DNA from: Alphaproteobacteria bacterium | GTDB taxonomy: Bacteria; Pseudomonadota; Alphaproteobacteria; CACIAM-22H2 | Length of the DNA stretch: 64,000 nt | Reading direction: 5' to 3' | NCBI GenBank assembly: GCA_016793045.1 | Contig: JAEUKZ010000028.1 | Location: 484-64,483, forward strand | Part shown: piece by piece, positions 1 to 11,092 of the stretch | Layout of the letters: every line of letters starts with the position of its first letter | Numbering within the stretch: the first letter of the stretch is position 1 | The notes under the pieces: generated by a model | Told to the model about the DNA's origin: nothing | The model's database searches: none | What the model saw: the letters and a program-made list of their open reading frames with translations, nothing else | Program-made: the position numbers and the translations under genes

Positions 1-1
1 G

Positions 2-757
2 CTGATCGGGGCGCTTCGCGTCACCGCGTTCAACCCGATCTCCGCCGCGCTCTATACCCGCTACGATCAGCTCAGCGGCATCTTTTTCCACGGCCGGCCC
101 AATACCATCGCGCTGTCGTCGACCGGTCTGTGGATCCGCCAGGCCGATGCGGGCACGACTTCGATCGTCCACGCGCGGCGTGTCGTGACCGACGAGCTCG
201 AACTGTCCGGCGTCACCGTGTTCAACTTCGCGGGCGATCGTTTCATCAGCCGCATCGACGCGCCGACCGGCCGGCTCGAACCCGGCGCCTGGATTCTCGA
301 TCGGCCCACGGTCTTTTCCCCAGACGGGATGGCGCGCCGGATGGGCGAGATCAGAATTCCGACCACCCTGACCACTGAACGCATCCAAGGAACGCTTTCG
401 TCGCCGGAGACGGTGTCGTTCTGGGACCTGCCGGCATTCATCCGCCTGCTCGAATCGTCCGGCTTCCGCACGATCCGCCACGTCTTCCACTGGCACAGGC
501 TGGTCGCCTCGCCGTTCCTGCTGGTCGCAATCGTGCTCGTCGCGGCGACCTTCTCGCTGCGGCTGCCGCGCCGCGGCGGCGCCGCAATCATCCTCGGCAT
601 CGGCATCGGCGTGGGCTTCGCGATATTCCTGGTTTCCAACATCGTTGCGGCGTTCGGTCGCGGCGGCATCGTTCCACCGGCCCTCGCCGCCTGGGCCCCT
701 CCCGTGATCTGGTCGCTGCTGGCAACCGCGAGCCTGCTCCACCTCGAGGATGGCTGA
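2..757 (+). CDS. lptG: LPS export ABC permease LptG, C-terminal part (5' end outside window)
   Basis: Frame continues open from window start; multi-TM C-terminal region typical of LptF/LptG permeases; followed by surA-pdxA-rsmA as in many proteobacteria. Confidence 0.75.
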   Translation: MIGALRVTAFNPISAALYTRYDQLSGIFFHGRPNTIALSSTGLWIRQADAGTTSIVHARRVVTDELELSGVTVFNFAGDRFISRIDAPTGRLEPGAWILDRPTVFSPDGMARRMGEIRIPTTLTTERIQGTLSSPETVSFWDLPAFIRLLESSGFRTIRHVFHWHRLVASPFLLVAIVLVAATFSLRLPRRGGAAIILGIGIGVGFAIFLVSNIVAAFGRGGIVPPALAAWAPPVIWSLLATASLLHLEDG

Positions 758-825
758 GGCCGCGCGTTGCGGGGCCCGCCCGCCGAGACTATAAGACCCC
801 ACCGCACCTGCCGCTCCTGGAACCG

Positions 826-2160
826 ATGACGATTCGCCGATCCCCGCTGCCGCGTCTGGCCTCGATTGCCGCTCTGGCCGGCGCGCTCGTCTTTGCGGGC
901 GCGGTACCGCCGACCGATGCGCTCGCACAAGGACGGCCGCCGGGGCGCGGACCAGCCTCGCAGCCACCCGGCTCGCAAGGCGAGGTGATGCGGATCGCCG
1001 CGGTCGTCAACGACGATATCGTTTCGGTCTACGAGGTGCAGGCCCGCGTCCGGCTGCTGCTCGTCACGTCCGGGCTGCCACCCACTCCCGAGATGACGCA
1101 GCGGCTGCAAGGGCAGGTTCTGCGCCTGCTCATCGACGAGCGACTCCAGCTTCAAGAGGCCCAGCGGCTGGGCATCACGATCCAGGACGGCGAAATCGAA
1201 CAGGCCCTGCGCCGGATCGAGGAAGCCAACCGCATGCCGCCGAACATGCTGCCGGAGGTACTGCGGCGCGCCGGCGTCCCGCCGTCGGCGCTCAACGGCC
1301 AGATCCGGGTCGGCCTCGCCTGGCGCCGGACGATCGAGCAGCGGCTCATCCCGAACATCCAGATCAGCGACGAGGACGTTGCAGACGTCCGGCAGCGCTT
1401 GCAGGCGAGCCGCGGCAACGTCGAGAACCTGCTCGGCGAAATCTTTCTGCCGGTCGACAACCCCGAAAACGACGACGAGATCCGCAACACCGCGTTGAGC
1501 CTGATCGAGCAGATGCGGCGCGGCATGCCGTTTCCCGCGATCGCGCTGCAGTTCTCGCAATCGGCATCCGCGTCGAGCGGCGGCGACATCGGCTGGGTCG
1601 AACAGGGCACTCTCGACGATACCGCCGAGGCGGCGATCCGACAGCTCAACCCCGGCCAAATCACGACGCCGCTGCGCTCGATCGGCGGCTACTACATCTA
1701 CGCCCTGCGCCAGCGCCGCACCATCGCGATGGCAAATCCAGACGACACGATCGTCTCCGTTGCGCAGCTCCGCCTTCCGATCGGCGCGCGCGGCGACCAG
1801 CAGGCGCTGCAGGATCTGGCGGAACAGATTCGCGTCTCGGTCAACGGCTGCAACGACCTCAGACAAGTCGCATCGGAGTTGCGGGTGCCGCCGCCGTCAG
1901 AGCCGCAGCGCGGGCGCATCGGCGCCCTGCCGCCGCAGTTCCGCCAGATCATCAATGAGCTGCGGGTGGGGGAACCAAGCCGCGCGATCCAGCTTCCGCA
2001 GGGCATGATCATCCTCATGGTCTGCGAGCGCGCCGAGGAAGGCAACATGCCCAATCGCGATCAGATCGTTGAAACGCTGGTCCGCCAGCGCGTCGACACG
2101 CAGGCTCGCCGCCTGCTCCGCGACCTCCGCCGCGCGGCCTTCATCGACATTCGCGTCTGA
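826..2160 (+). CDS. surA: Periplasmic chaperone / peptidyl-prolyl isomerase SurA
   Basis: Signal peptide, SurA N-domain and parvulin-like region; conserved lptG-surA-pdxA-rsmA synteny. Confidence 0.85.
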   Translation: MTIRRSPLPRLASIAALAGALVFAGAVPPTDALAQGRPPGRGPASQPPGSQGEVMRIAAVVNDDIVSVYEVQARVRLLLVTSGLPPTPEMTQRLQGQVLRLLIDERLQLQEAQRLGITIQDGEIEQALRRIEEANRMPPNMLPEVLRRAGVPPSALNGQIRVGLAWRRTIEQRLIPNIQISDEDVADVRQRLQASRGNVENLLGEIFLPVDNPENDDEIRNTALSLIEQMRRGMPFPAIALQFSQSASASSGGDIGWVEQGTLDDTAEAAIRQLNPGQITTPLRSIGGYYIYALRQRRTIAMANPDDTIVSVAQLRLPIGARGDQQALQDLAEQIRVSVNGCNDLRQVASELRVPPPSEPQRGRIGALPPQFRQIINELRVGEPSRAIQLPQGMIILMVCERAEEGNMPNRDQIVETLVRQRVDTQARRLLRDLRRAAFIDIRV

Positions 2161-2164
2161 CTTG

Positions 2165-3202
2165 ATGCCGACACCAGCCGCGAGGCTGCACGGGCAGGCG
2201 ATCGCGCTGACGATGGGGGAGCCAGCCGGGATCGGAGGCGAACTCACGCTCAAGGCGTGGCTTGGCCGCGCCGACGCCGTCCCGCCGTTCTTCACCATCG
2301 ACGATCCCCGACGGCTTCGTGCTCTCGCCGAATCGCTCGGCTTGGCGGTCGCGATCCGTCCGATCGCGACGCCGGCTGACGCGCCCGGCATTTTCGGCGA
2401 CGCCCTGCCCGTGCTGCCGCTCGCGCTCCCGGCGCGCGTCACGCCGGGCCATCCCGATCCCGCCAACGCCGCCGCGGTGATCGAATCGATCGACCGGGCA
2501 GTCGCGCTCGCCATGCGCGGCGAGGTTGCCGCGATCGTCACCAATCCGATCAGCAAGAAGGCGCTTTACGACGTTGGCTTTCCTGACCCTGGGCACACCG
2601 AATATCTCGCCCGGCGCAGCGGCACGGCGCTGGCGCCCGTCATGATGCTCGTCGGCGGCGGGTTGCGCGTCGTCCCGATCACCGTCCACATGGCGCTGCG
2701 CGATGCGCTGAACGCACTCACCACCAAACTGATCGTCGCGACCGGACGCACGGTGGCCGAGGCGCTGCGCCGCGATTTCGGCGTCGCCGCGCCTCGGCTG
2801 GCGGTTGCCGGGCTCAATCCGCACGCCGGCGAAGGTGCCACCCTTGGCACGGAAGATCGCGACGTCATTGCGCCCGCCGTCGTCGCTCTCGGGGCGTTGG
2901 GGATTGCCGTGACCGGCCCCCATCCGGCTGACACGATGTTCCATCGCGCGGCGCGGATGCGCTATGACGCCGCGCTCTGCGCCTACCATGATCAGGCCCT
3001 GATCCCGGTCAAGACGATCGCCTTCGACGAGGCGTCGAACGTCACGCTCGGCCTGCCCTTCGTCCGCACCTCGCCCGATCATGGGACGGCTTTCGACATC
3101 GCAGGTCAGGGCCGTGCCGACCCGACCAGCCTGATCACGTCGCTCAGGCTCGCCGCCGCCCTGGCGGCGCAGCGCGCCAAGCCGGGCCCGGGGCCGCTTT
3201 GA
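2165..3202 (+). CDS. pdxA: 4-hydroxythreonine-4-phosphate dehydrogenase PdxA
   Basis: PdxA family motifs ([22 protein letters not shown]); start taken at internal ATG just after surA stop rather than the ORF-track 2069. Confidence 0.85.
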   Translation: MPTPAARLHGQAIALTMGEPAGIGGELTLKAWLGRADAVPPFFTIDDPRRLRALAESLGLAVAIRPIATPADAPGIFGDALPVLPLALPARVTPGHPDPANAAAVIESIDRAVALAMRGEVAAIVTNPISKKALYDVGFPDPGHTEYLARRSGTALAPVMMLVGGGLRVVPITVHMALRDALNALTTKLIVATGRTVAEALRRDFGVAAPRLAVAGLNPHAGEGATLGTEDRDVIAPAVVALGALGIAVTGPHPADTMFHRAARMRYDAALCAYHDQALIPVKTIAFDEASNVTLGLPFVRTSPDHGTAFDIAGQGRADPTSLITSLRLAAALAAQRAKPGPGPL

Positions 3203-4050
3203 ACGCGCCCGCACAGGGCGACGACCTGCCGCCGCTGCGCGCCGTGATCGCGCATCATGGCCTTGCCGCGCGCCATTCGCTCGGCCAGCACTTCCTGCTC
3301 GATCTCAACCTCACTGGCCGGATCGCACGCGCGGCGGGCGACTTGACGTCCGGCACGACGATCGAAGTCGGACCCGGGCCGGGCGGCCTTACGCGCGCGC
3401 TTCTCGCCCGCGGCGCGCAGGTCGTCGCGCTCGAGCGCGATGAGCGCTGCCTGCCAGCGCTAGCTGAGGTCGCCGCCGCATGGCCGGGCAAGCTTGACGT
3501 ACGGCACGTCGACGCCACGACGGTCGCGGCGCATGAGATCGGCGCGCCGCCGCGCCGCATCGTCGCCAACCTGCCGTACAACGTCGCGACGCCGCTGCTG
3601 ATCGGCTGGCTCCATCATGCGGAGGCGTTCGAATCGCTGACGCTGATGTTTCAGAAGGAAGTTGCCGACCGCATCGTGGCCGCGCCGGACACGCCCGACT
3701 ATGGCCGGCTGTCGGTGATCGCGCAGTGGCGCTGCGATGCGAAGCGGCTGTTCGACATCGGACCGCGCGCCTTCACCCCGCCACCCAAGGTCGTCTCCAC
3801 CGTCGTTTCGCTGATACCGCGGCCCCGGCCAGCGGCGCCTGCGCGCATGCCCGATCTCGAGCGGGTGACAGCTGCAGCGTTCGGCCAACGGCGCAAGATG
3901 CTGCGCCAGAGCCTGCGCAGCCTGGGCGTCGACACCACGACACTGCTGAGCGACGCGGCGATCGACCCGACGCGTCGAGCCGAAACGCTGACGATCGCCG
4001 AGTTCGCGGCGCTCGCCCGGGCCTTCACTTCCCTTCGCGCAGGTGCCTGA
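3199..4050 (+). CDS. rsmA: 16S rRNA (adenine1518/1519-N6)-dimethyltransferase RsmA/KsgA
   Basis: KsgA motifs ([22 protein letters not shown]); TTG start overlapping pdxA stop. Confidence 0.85.
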   Translation: MNAPAQGDDLPPLRAVIAHHGLAARHSLGQHFLLDLNLTGRIARAAGDLTSGTTIEVGPGPGGLTRALLARGAQVVALERDERCLPALAEVAAAWPGKLDVRHVDATTVAAHEIGAPPRRIVANLPYNVATPLLIGWLHHAEAFESLTLMFQKEVADRIVAAPDTPDYGRLSVIAQWRCDAKRLFDIGPRAFTPPPKVVSTVVSLIPRPRPAAPARMPDLERVTAAAFGQRRKMLRQSLRSLGVDTTTLLSDAAIDPTRRAETLTIAEFAALARAFTSLRAGA

Positions 4051-4681
4051 CGAACTCGGGCAGACCGATCTGCCGACGGCGCCGGGCGCGTTCGGCGGTC
4101 AGGATCGCCTGCACGACCGCCACACTGGTGTCGAGGTCGCGATTGACCACGACGTAATCGTACTCCGGCCAGTGGCTCATCTCGTCCGACGCCTTCGCCA
4201 TGCGCGCCGCGACGACCGCCGGCGGATCCTGCGCGCGGGTGGTTAGCCGCCGCTCGAGTTCGCCGGTCGATGGTGGAAGGATGAACACGCTGACGACATC
4301 GTCGCGCGCGCTCGCGTTGAGCTGCTGCGTCCCTTGCCAATCGATATCGAAAAGCACGTCCTGCCCGCCATCGAGCGCCGCCAGCACCGGCGCGCGCGGC
4401 GTGCCGTAGTAGTTTCCGAATACCATCGCATGTTCGAGCAGTTCGCCGCCCGCGGCCATCGCCATGAAGCGCGGCTCGTCGATGAAGTGATAGTCCGTGC
4501 CGTCGATTTCGCCCGGCCGCATCTTCCGCGTCGTCACCGACACCGACATCGTCAGGCGCGGCTCACGCCGGCGCAACTCGCGCGAGATCGACGTCTTGCC
4601 CGCTCCCGATGGCGAGGACAGAACGAGCATCACGCCACGCCGCGAGATATCCACCGGCTGCCCGGTCCCGGCCGCGCTCAT
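4025..4681 (-). CDS. gmk: Guanylate kinase
   Basis: P-loop [10 protein letters not shown] and GMP-kinase core; internal ATG at 4679-4681 overlaps yicC stop (ATGA). Confidence 0.85.
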   Translation of the reverse strand: MSAAGTGQPVDISRRGVMLVLSSPSGAGKTSISRELRRREPRLTMSVSVTTRKMRPGEIDGTDYHFIDEPRFMAMAAGGELLEHAMVFGNYYGTPRAPVLAALDGGQDVLFDIDWQGTQQLNASARDDVVSVFILPPSTGELERRLTTRAQDPPAVVAARMAKASDEMSHWPEYDYVVVNRDLDTSVAVVQAILTAERARRRRQIGLPEFVRHLREGK

Positions 4682-5553
4682 TCGACGTTGGCCGACTGCT
4701 CGCGCAGGCGGTCGATCGCCGCCTTCAGGGCCAGGCCGATCCGCGTGAGCTCGAGGTCCGACGACTTCGAACACAGCGTGTTCGCCTCGCGATTGAATTC
4801 CTGCGCCAGAAACTCGAGCTTACGGCCGACCGCACCGCTGCCCGTGAACAGCGCCCGCGCCTGCGTGACGTGGGCGCCGAGGCGGTCGATCTCCTCGCGC
4901 ACGTCGGCGCGAACCGCCATCAGCGCGACCTCCTGGGCCAGCCGATCGGGTGCAATGCCGCTGTCCGGTCCCAGCAACTCCGCGAGCTGGGCCTGTATGC
5001 GCGCCTTGATCGCCGCAGGCTGGGCCGCGGCCACACGCGCGGCCTGTCCCGCGAGATCCGTGATCTCCTCGAGATGAGCCGTGAGCGAAGCGAGAATCTC
5101 GCGCCCCTCGTCGTTGCGGGCGCGGGCAAGGCCGGCGACAGCCCGATCGAGCGTGGCGAGGATCGCGGCGTCGCGCGCCGCGATCACGGTCTCGTCCTCG
5201 GCAGCCGCTTCGCCGGTCTCGACCACGCCGCGGATCGCCAGCAGGCCGTCGATGCGCGGCGCAGCCGCGTCGATCTCGGACTGCAGTTCGCGCGCCGCGA
5301 CAAGAACCTGATCGAGCACGGCACGGTTGATCCGCACGCGCTCACCGCCATGCGGCGGCTCGACGTTGAGAACCGCCGAGACGTTTCCGCGGGACAAGCC
5401 CTTGGCAGCCGCCGCGCGCGCCGCCCCCTCGATTCGCTCGAAGCCGGGCGGCAGCCGAAAGCGAAGATCAAGGCCGCGCCCATTGACGGATTTGAGTTCC
5501 CACACCCACGCCCAGCCGTCAGCGCCGCCAGCGCTGCGGGCGTAGCCAGTCAT
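4678..5553 (-). CDS. YicC-family stress-induced protein
   Basis: C-terminal 291 aa of the long ORF match the YicC N- and C-terminal domain pattern; conserved yicC-gmk pair. Confidence 0.8.
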   Translation of the reverse strand: MTGYARSAGGADGWAWVWELKSVNGRGLDLRFRLPPGFERIEGAARAAAAKGLSRGNVSAVLNVEPPHGGERVRINRAVLDQVLVAARELQSEIDAAAPRIDGLLAIRGVVETGEAAAEDETVIAARDAAILATLDRAVAGLARARNDEGREILASLTAHLEEITDLAGQAARVAAAQPAAIKARIQAQLAELLGPDSGIAPDRLAQEVALMAVRADVREEIDRLGAHVTQARALFTGSGAVGRKLEFLAQEFNREANTLCSKSSDLELTRIGLALKAAIDRLREQSANVE

Positions 5554-5649
5554 GCTCGCGATCGCCACGGATGATCCAGAGTTTCTGGTTTCAGAGAAAG
5601 ACGGCGGACTATAAATCGGATGCGGTACGGGAACAATGGAGGCGCAACC

Positions 5650-6411
5650 ATGCGCGCGGCCCGCTCGATCCTCATCACCGGCGCGTCCAGCGGCATCGGG
5701 GCAGCGCTCGCCAACGCCTATGCGGCACCGGGCGTCCATCTCGCCCTCACCGGCCGCAATCAGGCGCGGCTCGATGACACTCGCGCTGCGGTCTCGGCGC
5801 GGGGCGCAACATGCGATGCAGCCTGCGTCGACGTGACCGACAGGCGCGAAATGGACCGCTGGATCGCACGATGCGACGCCGAGCACCCGCTCGACCTCGT
5901 CGTCGCCAATGCCGGTATTTCCCCCGGAACAAGCGCCGCCGACGATGAAGTCGAGCAGACGCGCCGCGTCTTCGCTGTCAACATCGGCGGCGTGGTCGAT
6001 ACGGTTCTCGCGGCACTGCCGGGCATGACCGCGCGCGGAAGCGGCCAGATCGCCATCATGGCTTCGCTGGCCGCATTCGCGGTCGCGCCCGATGCGCACG
6101 CCTATTGCGCCAGCAAGTTTGCGGTCCGCGCATGGGGTGAAGGCCTGCGCGGCCATCTTGCCCGGCGCGGCATTGCGGTGTCGGTCATCTGCCCAGGGTT
6201 CGTCGAATCGCGGATGACCGCGGTCAATCCACATCCTAAGCCGGGTCTCATCGACGCCGACCGGGCGGCCGCAATCATCATGCGGGGCCTTGCCGCCAAC
6301 CGTGGGCGGATCGTCTTTCCGTGGTGGCTCTATGCGATTTCGCGCGTCGCCGGCGCGTTACCGCCGGACCTGCTCGCACGCCTCGCCCGTCAGTTCCGGC
6401 GCGGCGCCTGA
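5650..6411 (+). CDS. SDR-family short-chain dehydrogenase/reductase
   Basis: TGASSGIG Rossmann motif, YxxxK catalytic motif; GGAGG RBS before internal ATG. Confidence 0.7.
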   Translation: MRAARSILITGASSGIGAALANAYAAPGVHLALTGRNQARLDDTRAAVSARGATCDAACVDVTDRREMDRWIARCDAEHPLDLVVANAGISPGTSAADDEVEQTRRVFAVNIGGVVDTVLAALPGMTARGSGQIAIMASLAAFAVAPDAHAYCASKFAVRAWGEGLRGHLARRGIAVSVICPGFVESRMTAVNPHPKPGLIDADRAAAIIMRGLAANRGRIVFPWWLYAISRVAGALPPDLLARLARQFRRGA

Positions 6412-7451
6412 CGCGGGCGCTGCGGTTCGGCCGGCGCCGCCGGCTCTTCCGCCGGCTGCTGACCGGTCGCCCTCGCGCGCTGGCGTTCGAGTTCGCGCAG
6501 GCGCGCGACGTTGGCGTTGTGCTCCTGCAGCGTGCGAGCGAACAGGTGGCCGCCATTGCCGTCGGCGACGAAGAACAACTCATCGCTCTGGGCCGGCCGC
6601 AGCACCGCCTGCAGGGCGGCCCGTCCGGGATTGGCGATCGGAGTCGGCGGCAGGCCCTCGACGACGTAGGTGTTCCACTGGGTCCGCTGCTGGAGGTCGG
6701 CGCGCGAAAGCGGGCGGTCGAGAGTCGTGCGCCCCTGCGTGATCCCGTAGATGACGGTCGGGTCGGCCTCGAGCTTGATGCCGCGCCGCAGACGGTTGAG
6801 ATAGACTGCCGCGACTCGTGGCCGCTCCGCCTGCAGCGCGGTCTCCTTCTCGACGATCGAGGCCAGGATCACGGCGTCGGTCGGGCCGCGCAGCGGCAGG
6901 TCGCGCGCGCGCCCGTTCCACAGTTCGTTGAGCGTCTCGGTCATCGTACGGCGCAGGCGCTGGACGAAGCGTTCGCGGCTGTCGCCCCACGAGTAAAAGT
7001 ACGTCTCCGGCAGCAGCTCGCCTTCCTGCGGAGTGCTCGTGACCTCGCCCTCCAGGCCCTCTGCCTGCCGGATGATCTGCAGCACCTGGAAGGTCGTAAG
7101 GCCTTCGGGGATGGTCAGACGCCGCACGACCGTCCGGCCGGCCGCGATCTGCTCGGCGACGGCGCGCGGTGTCGCAGCCGCGGCGAATGCGAACTCTCCA
7201 GAGCGCATGCGGCCGGACATGCCCTCGATGCGGGTGACGATGCGGAAGACATGCGCGTTGGAGATGACCCCTTCGCGCGCCAGGATCTCGGCGATGTCGT
7301 CGACGCTGCTGCCGCGCGGAATGATGACCGTGCGCTGATCGGCCAGCGGCCCGGGCGCGCCATAGGACTGCCAGACGAGATAGGCGGCGATCGCGGCGGC
7401 CGCGACGCCGAGAATCATCACGAACGAAGAAACGATTGCAAAGCGCAGCAT
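6390..7451 (-). CDS. mltG: Endolytic murein transglycosylase MltG (YceG family)
   Basis: N-terminal TM helix plus YceG-like domain; located downstream of fabF as in many bacteria. Confidence 0.85.
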   Translation of the reverse strand: MLRFAIVSSFVMILGVAAAAIAAYLVWQSYGAPGPLADQRTVIIPRGSSVDDIAEILAREGVISNAHVFRIVTRIEGMSGRMRSGEFAFAAAATPRAVAEQIAAGRTVVRRLTIPEGLTTFQVLQIIRQAEGLEGEVTSTPQEGELLPETYFYSWGDSRERFVQRLRRTMTETLNELWNGRARDLPLRGPTDAVILASIVEKETALQAERPRVAAVYLNRLRRGIKLEADPTVIYGITQGRTTLDRPLSRADLQQRTQWNTYVVEGLPPTPIANPGRAALQAVLRPAQSDELFFVADGNGGHLFARTLQEHNANVARLRELERQRARATGQQPAEEPAAPAEPQRPRQAPRRN

Positions 7452-7481
7452 CGCCTGGCGCTCCCCGCGCCCCCGCCCCCG

Positions 7482-8744
7482 TCAATTGACCGAGGCGAAG
7501 ATCAACGACGCGTTGGTGCCGCCAAAGCCGAAGGAATTCGAGAGCGCATATCGCACCTTCCGCTCCTTCGCCTTGTACGGCACGAGATCGATGTCGCAAC
7601 CCGGCGACGGCCGATCGAGATTGAGCGTCGGCGGCACGATTCCGTCGCGGATGCTGAGGATCGAGAACACCGCCTCGACCGCACCGGCGGCCCCCAGCAG
7701 ATGCCCGATCGCCGACTTGGTCGACGACATCGACAGCTTGTACGCGTGATCGCCGAACAGCCGCTTGAGCGCATTCAATTCGATCTCGTCGCCAAGCGGC
7801 GTCGAGGTTCCGTGCGCATTGACGTAGTCGATTGCGTCAGGCGCGATCTTCGCACGCTTGAGCGCCGCGCGCATGGCGCGGAAGCCGCCGCTGCCGTCTT
7901 CCGCCGGCGCGGTGATGTGGTGTGCATCGCCCGAAAGCCCGTAGCCGACGACCTCGGCATAGATCTTCGCGCCGCGCTTCTTGGCGTGCTCGTACTCTTC
8001 GAGCACGACGACGCCCGCGCCCTCGCCCATCACGAAGCCGTCGCGGTCGACGTCCCACGGCCGCGAGGCCTTCTCGGGCGTGTCGTTGAAGCCGGTCGAC
8101 AATGCGCGCGACGCGGCAAAGCCGGCGAGCCCGATGCGGCACACCGCGGCCTCCGTCCCGCCCGCGATCATCACGTCGGCATCCTCGAGCTGGATGAGGC
8201 GCGATGCATCGCCGATCGCGTGCGCTCCGGTCGCGCACGCCGTCACCACGGCATGGTTCGGCCCGCGGAAGCCGTAACGGATCGAAACCTGGCCCGAAGC
8301 GAGATTGATGAGGCTCGCCGGAATGAAGAACGGACTCACGCGGCGCGGGCCGCGCTCCTTGAGCAGGATCGACGTGTCGTGAATGCTTGGCAGGCCGCCG
8401 ATGCCCGAGCCGATCATCACCCCGGTCTGGTCGCGGCTTTCGTCGTCCTGCGGTTTCCAGCCCGAGTCCTCGACGGCCTGCGCGGCCGCCGCCATGGCGT
8501 AAAGGATGAACGTGTCGACCTTGCGCTGGTCCTTCGGCGCCATCCAGTCGTCGGCATTGAAAAGGCCGGAAGCCGTATCGCCTTTCGGCACCTGACCTGC
8601 GATCTTCGCCGGCAGGTCTGACACGTCGAACGATTGAATTCCGCGGATGCCCGACTGCCCGGCGAGCAGGCGCTTCCACGTCGGCTCGACGCCGCAACCC
8701 AGCGGCGTCACCAACCCGAGGCCAGTAACGACAACTCTGCGCAT
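7482..8744 (-). CDS. fabF: Beta-ketoacyl-ACP synthase II
   Basis: KAS II thiolase-fold motifs, active-site Cys and His-His; fab cluster. Confidence 0.9.
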   Translation of the reverse strand: MRRVVVTGLGLVTPLGCGVEPTWKRLLAGQSGIRGIQSFDVSDLPAKIAGQVPKGDTASGLFNADDWMAPKDQRKVDTFILYAMAAAAQAVEDSGWKPQDDESRDQTGVMIGSGIGGLPSIHDTSILLKERGPRRVSPFFIPASLINLASGQVSIRYGFRGPNHAVVTACATGAHAIGDASRLIQLEDADVMIAGGTEAAVCRIGLAGFAASRALSTGFNDTPEKASRPWDVDRDGFVMGEGAGVVVLEEYEHAKKRGAKIYAEVVGYGLSGDAHHITAPAEDGSGGFRAMRAALKRAKIAPDAIDYVNAHGTSTPLGDEIELNALKRLFGDHAYKLSMSSTKSAIGHLLGAAGAVEAVFSILSIRDGIVPPTLNLDRPSPGCDIDLVPYKAKERKVRYALSNSFGFGGTNASLIFASVN

Positions 8745-8772
8745 CGCAGGTCCAGCCGGTCCGAGCGCCCGG

Positions 8773-9015
8773 TTACTTGTTGTGCGTCTCGATGTACGCG
8801 ATCGCGTCCTTGACGGTCGTGATCTTCTCGGCCGCCTCGTCGGGGATCTCCGTGCCGAACTCTTCCTCGAACGCCATCACGAGCTCGACGGTGTCGAGCG
8901 AATCGGCGCCGAGATCGTCCACGAAGCTGGCGTTCTCGGTAACCTTGGCTTCGTCGACACCCAGATGCTCAACCACGATCTTCTTGACCCGCTCGGCAAC
9001 GTCGCTCATGTCCAC
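8773..9015 (-). CDS. acpP: Acyl carrier protein
   Basis: DSL phosphopantetheine-attachment motif (LGADSLD); 80 aa. Confidence 0.9.
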   Translation of the reverse strand: MDMSDVAERVKKIVVEHLGVDEAKVTENASFVDDLGADSLDTVELVMAFEEEFGTEIPDEAAEKITTVKDAIAYIETHNK

Positions 9016-9159
9016 TCGACCTCTTGTCTATTCGCGATTCCGGATTGATCACCGATGCCGCAATCTGCGGGCCCTCCCGCCAGACGCGCCAAAAAGGTGA
9101 CGTTTGCTAACACAAAGGACGGGAGCGCGCCAGCTTTCGCAGCGCCGGCCCCGCCGCCG

Positions 9160-9894
9160 TCAAATCATGGCCATACCGCCATTCACGTGGAGCGTCTGCC
9201 CCGTGATATAGGCCGCCTCTGTGCTCGCCAGAAACGCCACCGCGGCCGCGATCTCCGCCGGCTCGCCGATCCGTCCCACCGGGATACGCGCCTTCAGCGC
9301 ATCCTTCTGGGCATCGGGAAGCACGTCGGTCATCGGGCTGACGATGAATCCCGGCGCCACGCAGTTCACGGTGATGCCGCGTGCCGCCATTTCCTGCGCA
9401 AGCGCCTTCGACATCCCGATCAGTCCGGCCTTGGCCGCCGCGTAATTCGCCTGCCCCGGGTTGCCGGTCACGCCGACGATCGAGGTGATGGAGACGATGC
9501 GCCCCCAGCGCCGGCGCATCATACCCTTCAGGGCGGCGCGCGACAGCTTGAATGCCGCCGTAAGATCGACGTCGATGACGCGCTGCCAGTCCTCATCCTT
9601 CATTCGCAGGGCAAGTCCGTCGCGCGTCAGGCCGGCATTGTTGACAAGGATGTCCACCTCACCCAGCGCCTTTTCCGCCGCCGCGAAGACCGCATCGACG
9701 CCGTCGGCGGCGCCGAGATCGCCGGGCACGACGACGCTGCCTGGGATCGCTGCCGCGACTGCATTGAGGGCGTCGACGCGCGTTCCGGACAGCGCGACCT
9801 GGGCGCCCTGCCCGGCAAGCGCCACCGCGATCGATTTGCCGATCGCCCCCGACGCGCCGGTCACCAGGGCCTTGCGGCCCGCGAGCGTGAACAT
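9160..9894 (-). CDS. fabG: 3-oxoacyl-ACP reductase
   Basis: SDR fold, TGASGAIG motif, NAG and YxxxK motifs; start taken at internal ATG (MFTLAGRK). Confidence 0.9.
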   Translation of the reverse strand: MFTLAGRKALVTGASGAIGKSIAVALAGQGAQVALSGTRVDALNAVAAAIPGSVVVPGDLGAADGVDAVFAAAEKALGEVDILVNNAGLTRDGLALRMKDEDWQRVIDVDLTAAFKLSRAALKGMMRRRWGRIVSITSIVGVTGNPGQANYAAAKAGLIGMSKALAQEMAARGITVNCVAPGFIVSPMTDVLPDAQKDALKARIPVGRIGEPAEIAAAVAFLASTEAAYITGQTLHVNGGMAMI

Positions 9895-9904
9895 GCTGAT
9901 CCCC

Positions 9905-10846
9905 CTAAAGCGTCTTGGCGAAGGCTTCGATGTCCGCCGGGCCGTTGATCGCAACGCCGGTGAGATCCGGATCGATGCGCTTCGCGAGGCCCGTCAGCAC
10001 ACGGCCGGCGCCGAGTTCGACCAGCGTCGAAACGCCCTGGCTCTTCATGTAGAGCGCGCATTCCCGCCAGCGGACCATCGCGGTCACCTGCTTGACCAAG
10101 AGCTCGCGGATCTCGCCGGGATCGCTCACCGCCGAGGCGATCACGTTGGCGACGAGCGGCACCGCCGGCGGCCTGATCGCGACTGCCGCGAGCGCTTCGC
10201 GCATCACGTCGGCAGCCGGCGCCATCAGCGCGCAATGGAACGGCGCGCTCACCGGCAGCAGGATCGCGCGGCGCGCCCCCTTGGACTTGGCAATCTCGAG
10301 CGCACGCTCGACGGCGCTGCGCGCGCCGCTGACGACGACCTGCCCGGGTGCATTGTCGTTGGCCGCGCTGCACACTTCGCCTTGCGCGGCCTCCGCTGCA
10401 ACCGCTTCGGCCGCTGGAAGGTCGAGCCCGAGCAGGGCCGCCATCGCGCCCTCGCCGACGGGCACTGCCTTCTGCATGGCGTCGCCGCGGCGCCGCAGCA
10501 GGCGCGCCGCGTCGCCCAGCGCGATCGAACCGGCCGCGGCCAGCGCCGCATACTCCCCGAGCGAATGGCCCGCGACGAAGCGCGCGCTGCGGGCCAGGTT
10601 CAGCTTTACGTCGGCTTCGAGCACCCGCATGACGGCCAGCGCGACGGCCATCAGGGCCGGCTGCGCGTTCGCCGTCAGCGTCAGCTCGCCCTCCGGCCCC
10701 TCGAACATCAAGCGCGAGAGGCGCTGCCCCAGCGCTTCGTCGACTTCCTCGAACACGAGGCGCGCGGTCGCAAACGCCGCCGCCAGATCGCGACCCATGC
10801 CGACGGCCTGGGAGCCCTGGCCGGGAAACGTGAATGCTCGTTGCAT
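9905..10846 (-). CDS. fabD: Malonyl-CoA:ACP transacylase
   Basis: FPGQGSQ and GHSLGE motifs. Confidence 0.9.
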   Translation of the reverse strand: MQRAFTFPGQGSQAVGMGRDLAAAFATARLVFEEVDEALGQRLSRLMFEGPEGELTLTANAQPALMAVALAVMRVLEADVKLNLARSARFVAGHSLGEYAALAAAGSIALGDAARLLRRRGDAMQKAVPVGEGAMAALLGLDLPAAEAVAAEAAQGEVCSAANDNAPGQVVVSGARSAVERALEIAKSKGARRAILLPVSAPFHCALMAPAADVMREALAAVAIRPPAVPLVANVIASAVSDPGEIRELLVKQVTAMVRWRECALYMKSQGVSTLVELGAGRVLTGLAKRIDPDLTGVAINGPADIEAFAKTL

Positions 10847-11064
10847 GGACAGCCGCTGCTGTAATGAAAGGCCGCGGTCACGTAAAGCTGCGTCGGCGAC
10901 GTGTCAAGGCCAGGGGCCCTGAAATGTCCGGCGACACCGCAGCGCGCCGCCTAAGTCCCTGAAATCCACCGATTTCCTGGCGCCGTCTGCGCACGGTGCG
11001 GACGGCCTGCGGCCCACCACCATCGCGGGCCGGGTGAGCGGCGGAGTCTGCGACGCGGTTGGTG

Positions 11065-11092
11065 TTGCACCGCAATTTGCTTTGTGTATAGT
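11065..11092 (+). promoter_or_regulatory. Candidate sigma70-type promoter for the rpsF operon (TTGCAC -35, 16-nt spacer, TATAGT -10)
   Basis: Read directly from sequence about 130 nt upstream of rpsF; coordinates approximate (+-2). Confidence 0.4.

Noticed and set aside
67-1866. Long antisense ORFs (for example 67-1866, 15003-16562, 18370-20340, 21234-22733, 34658-36376, 45501-47846, 49334-50533, 56058-57884 and many >300 aa ORFs) overlapping well-supported genes on the opposite strand
   Set aside because: Typical shadow ORFs of a high-GC genome. They overlap conserved genes (surA, dnaB, radA, purF, transporter, ALDH, coxL, ACAD), their translations are Arg/Ala/Gly/Pro-rich low-complexity, and none shows recognisable domain signatures.
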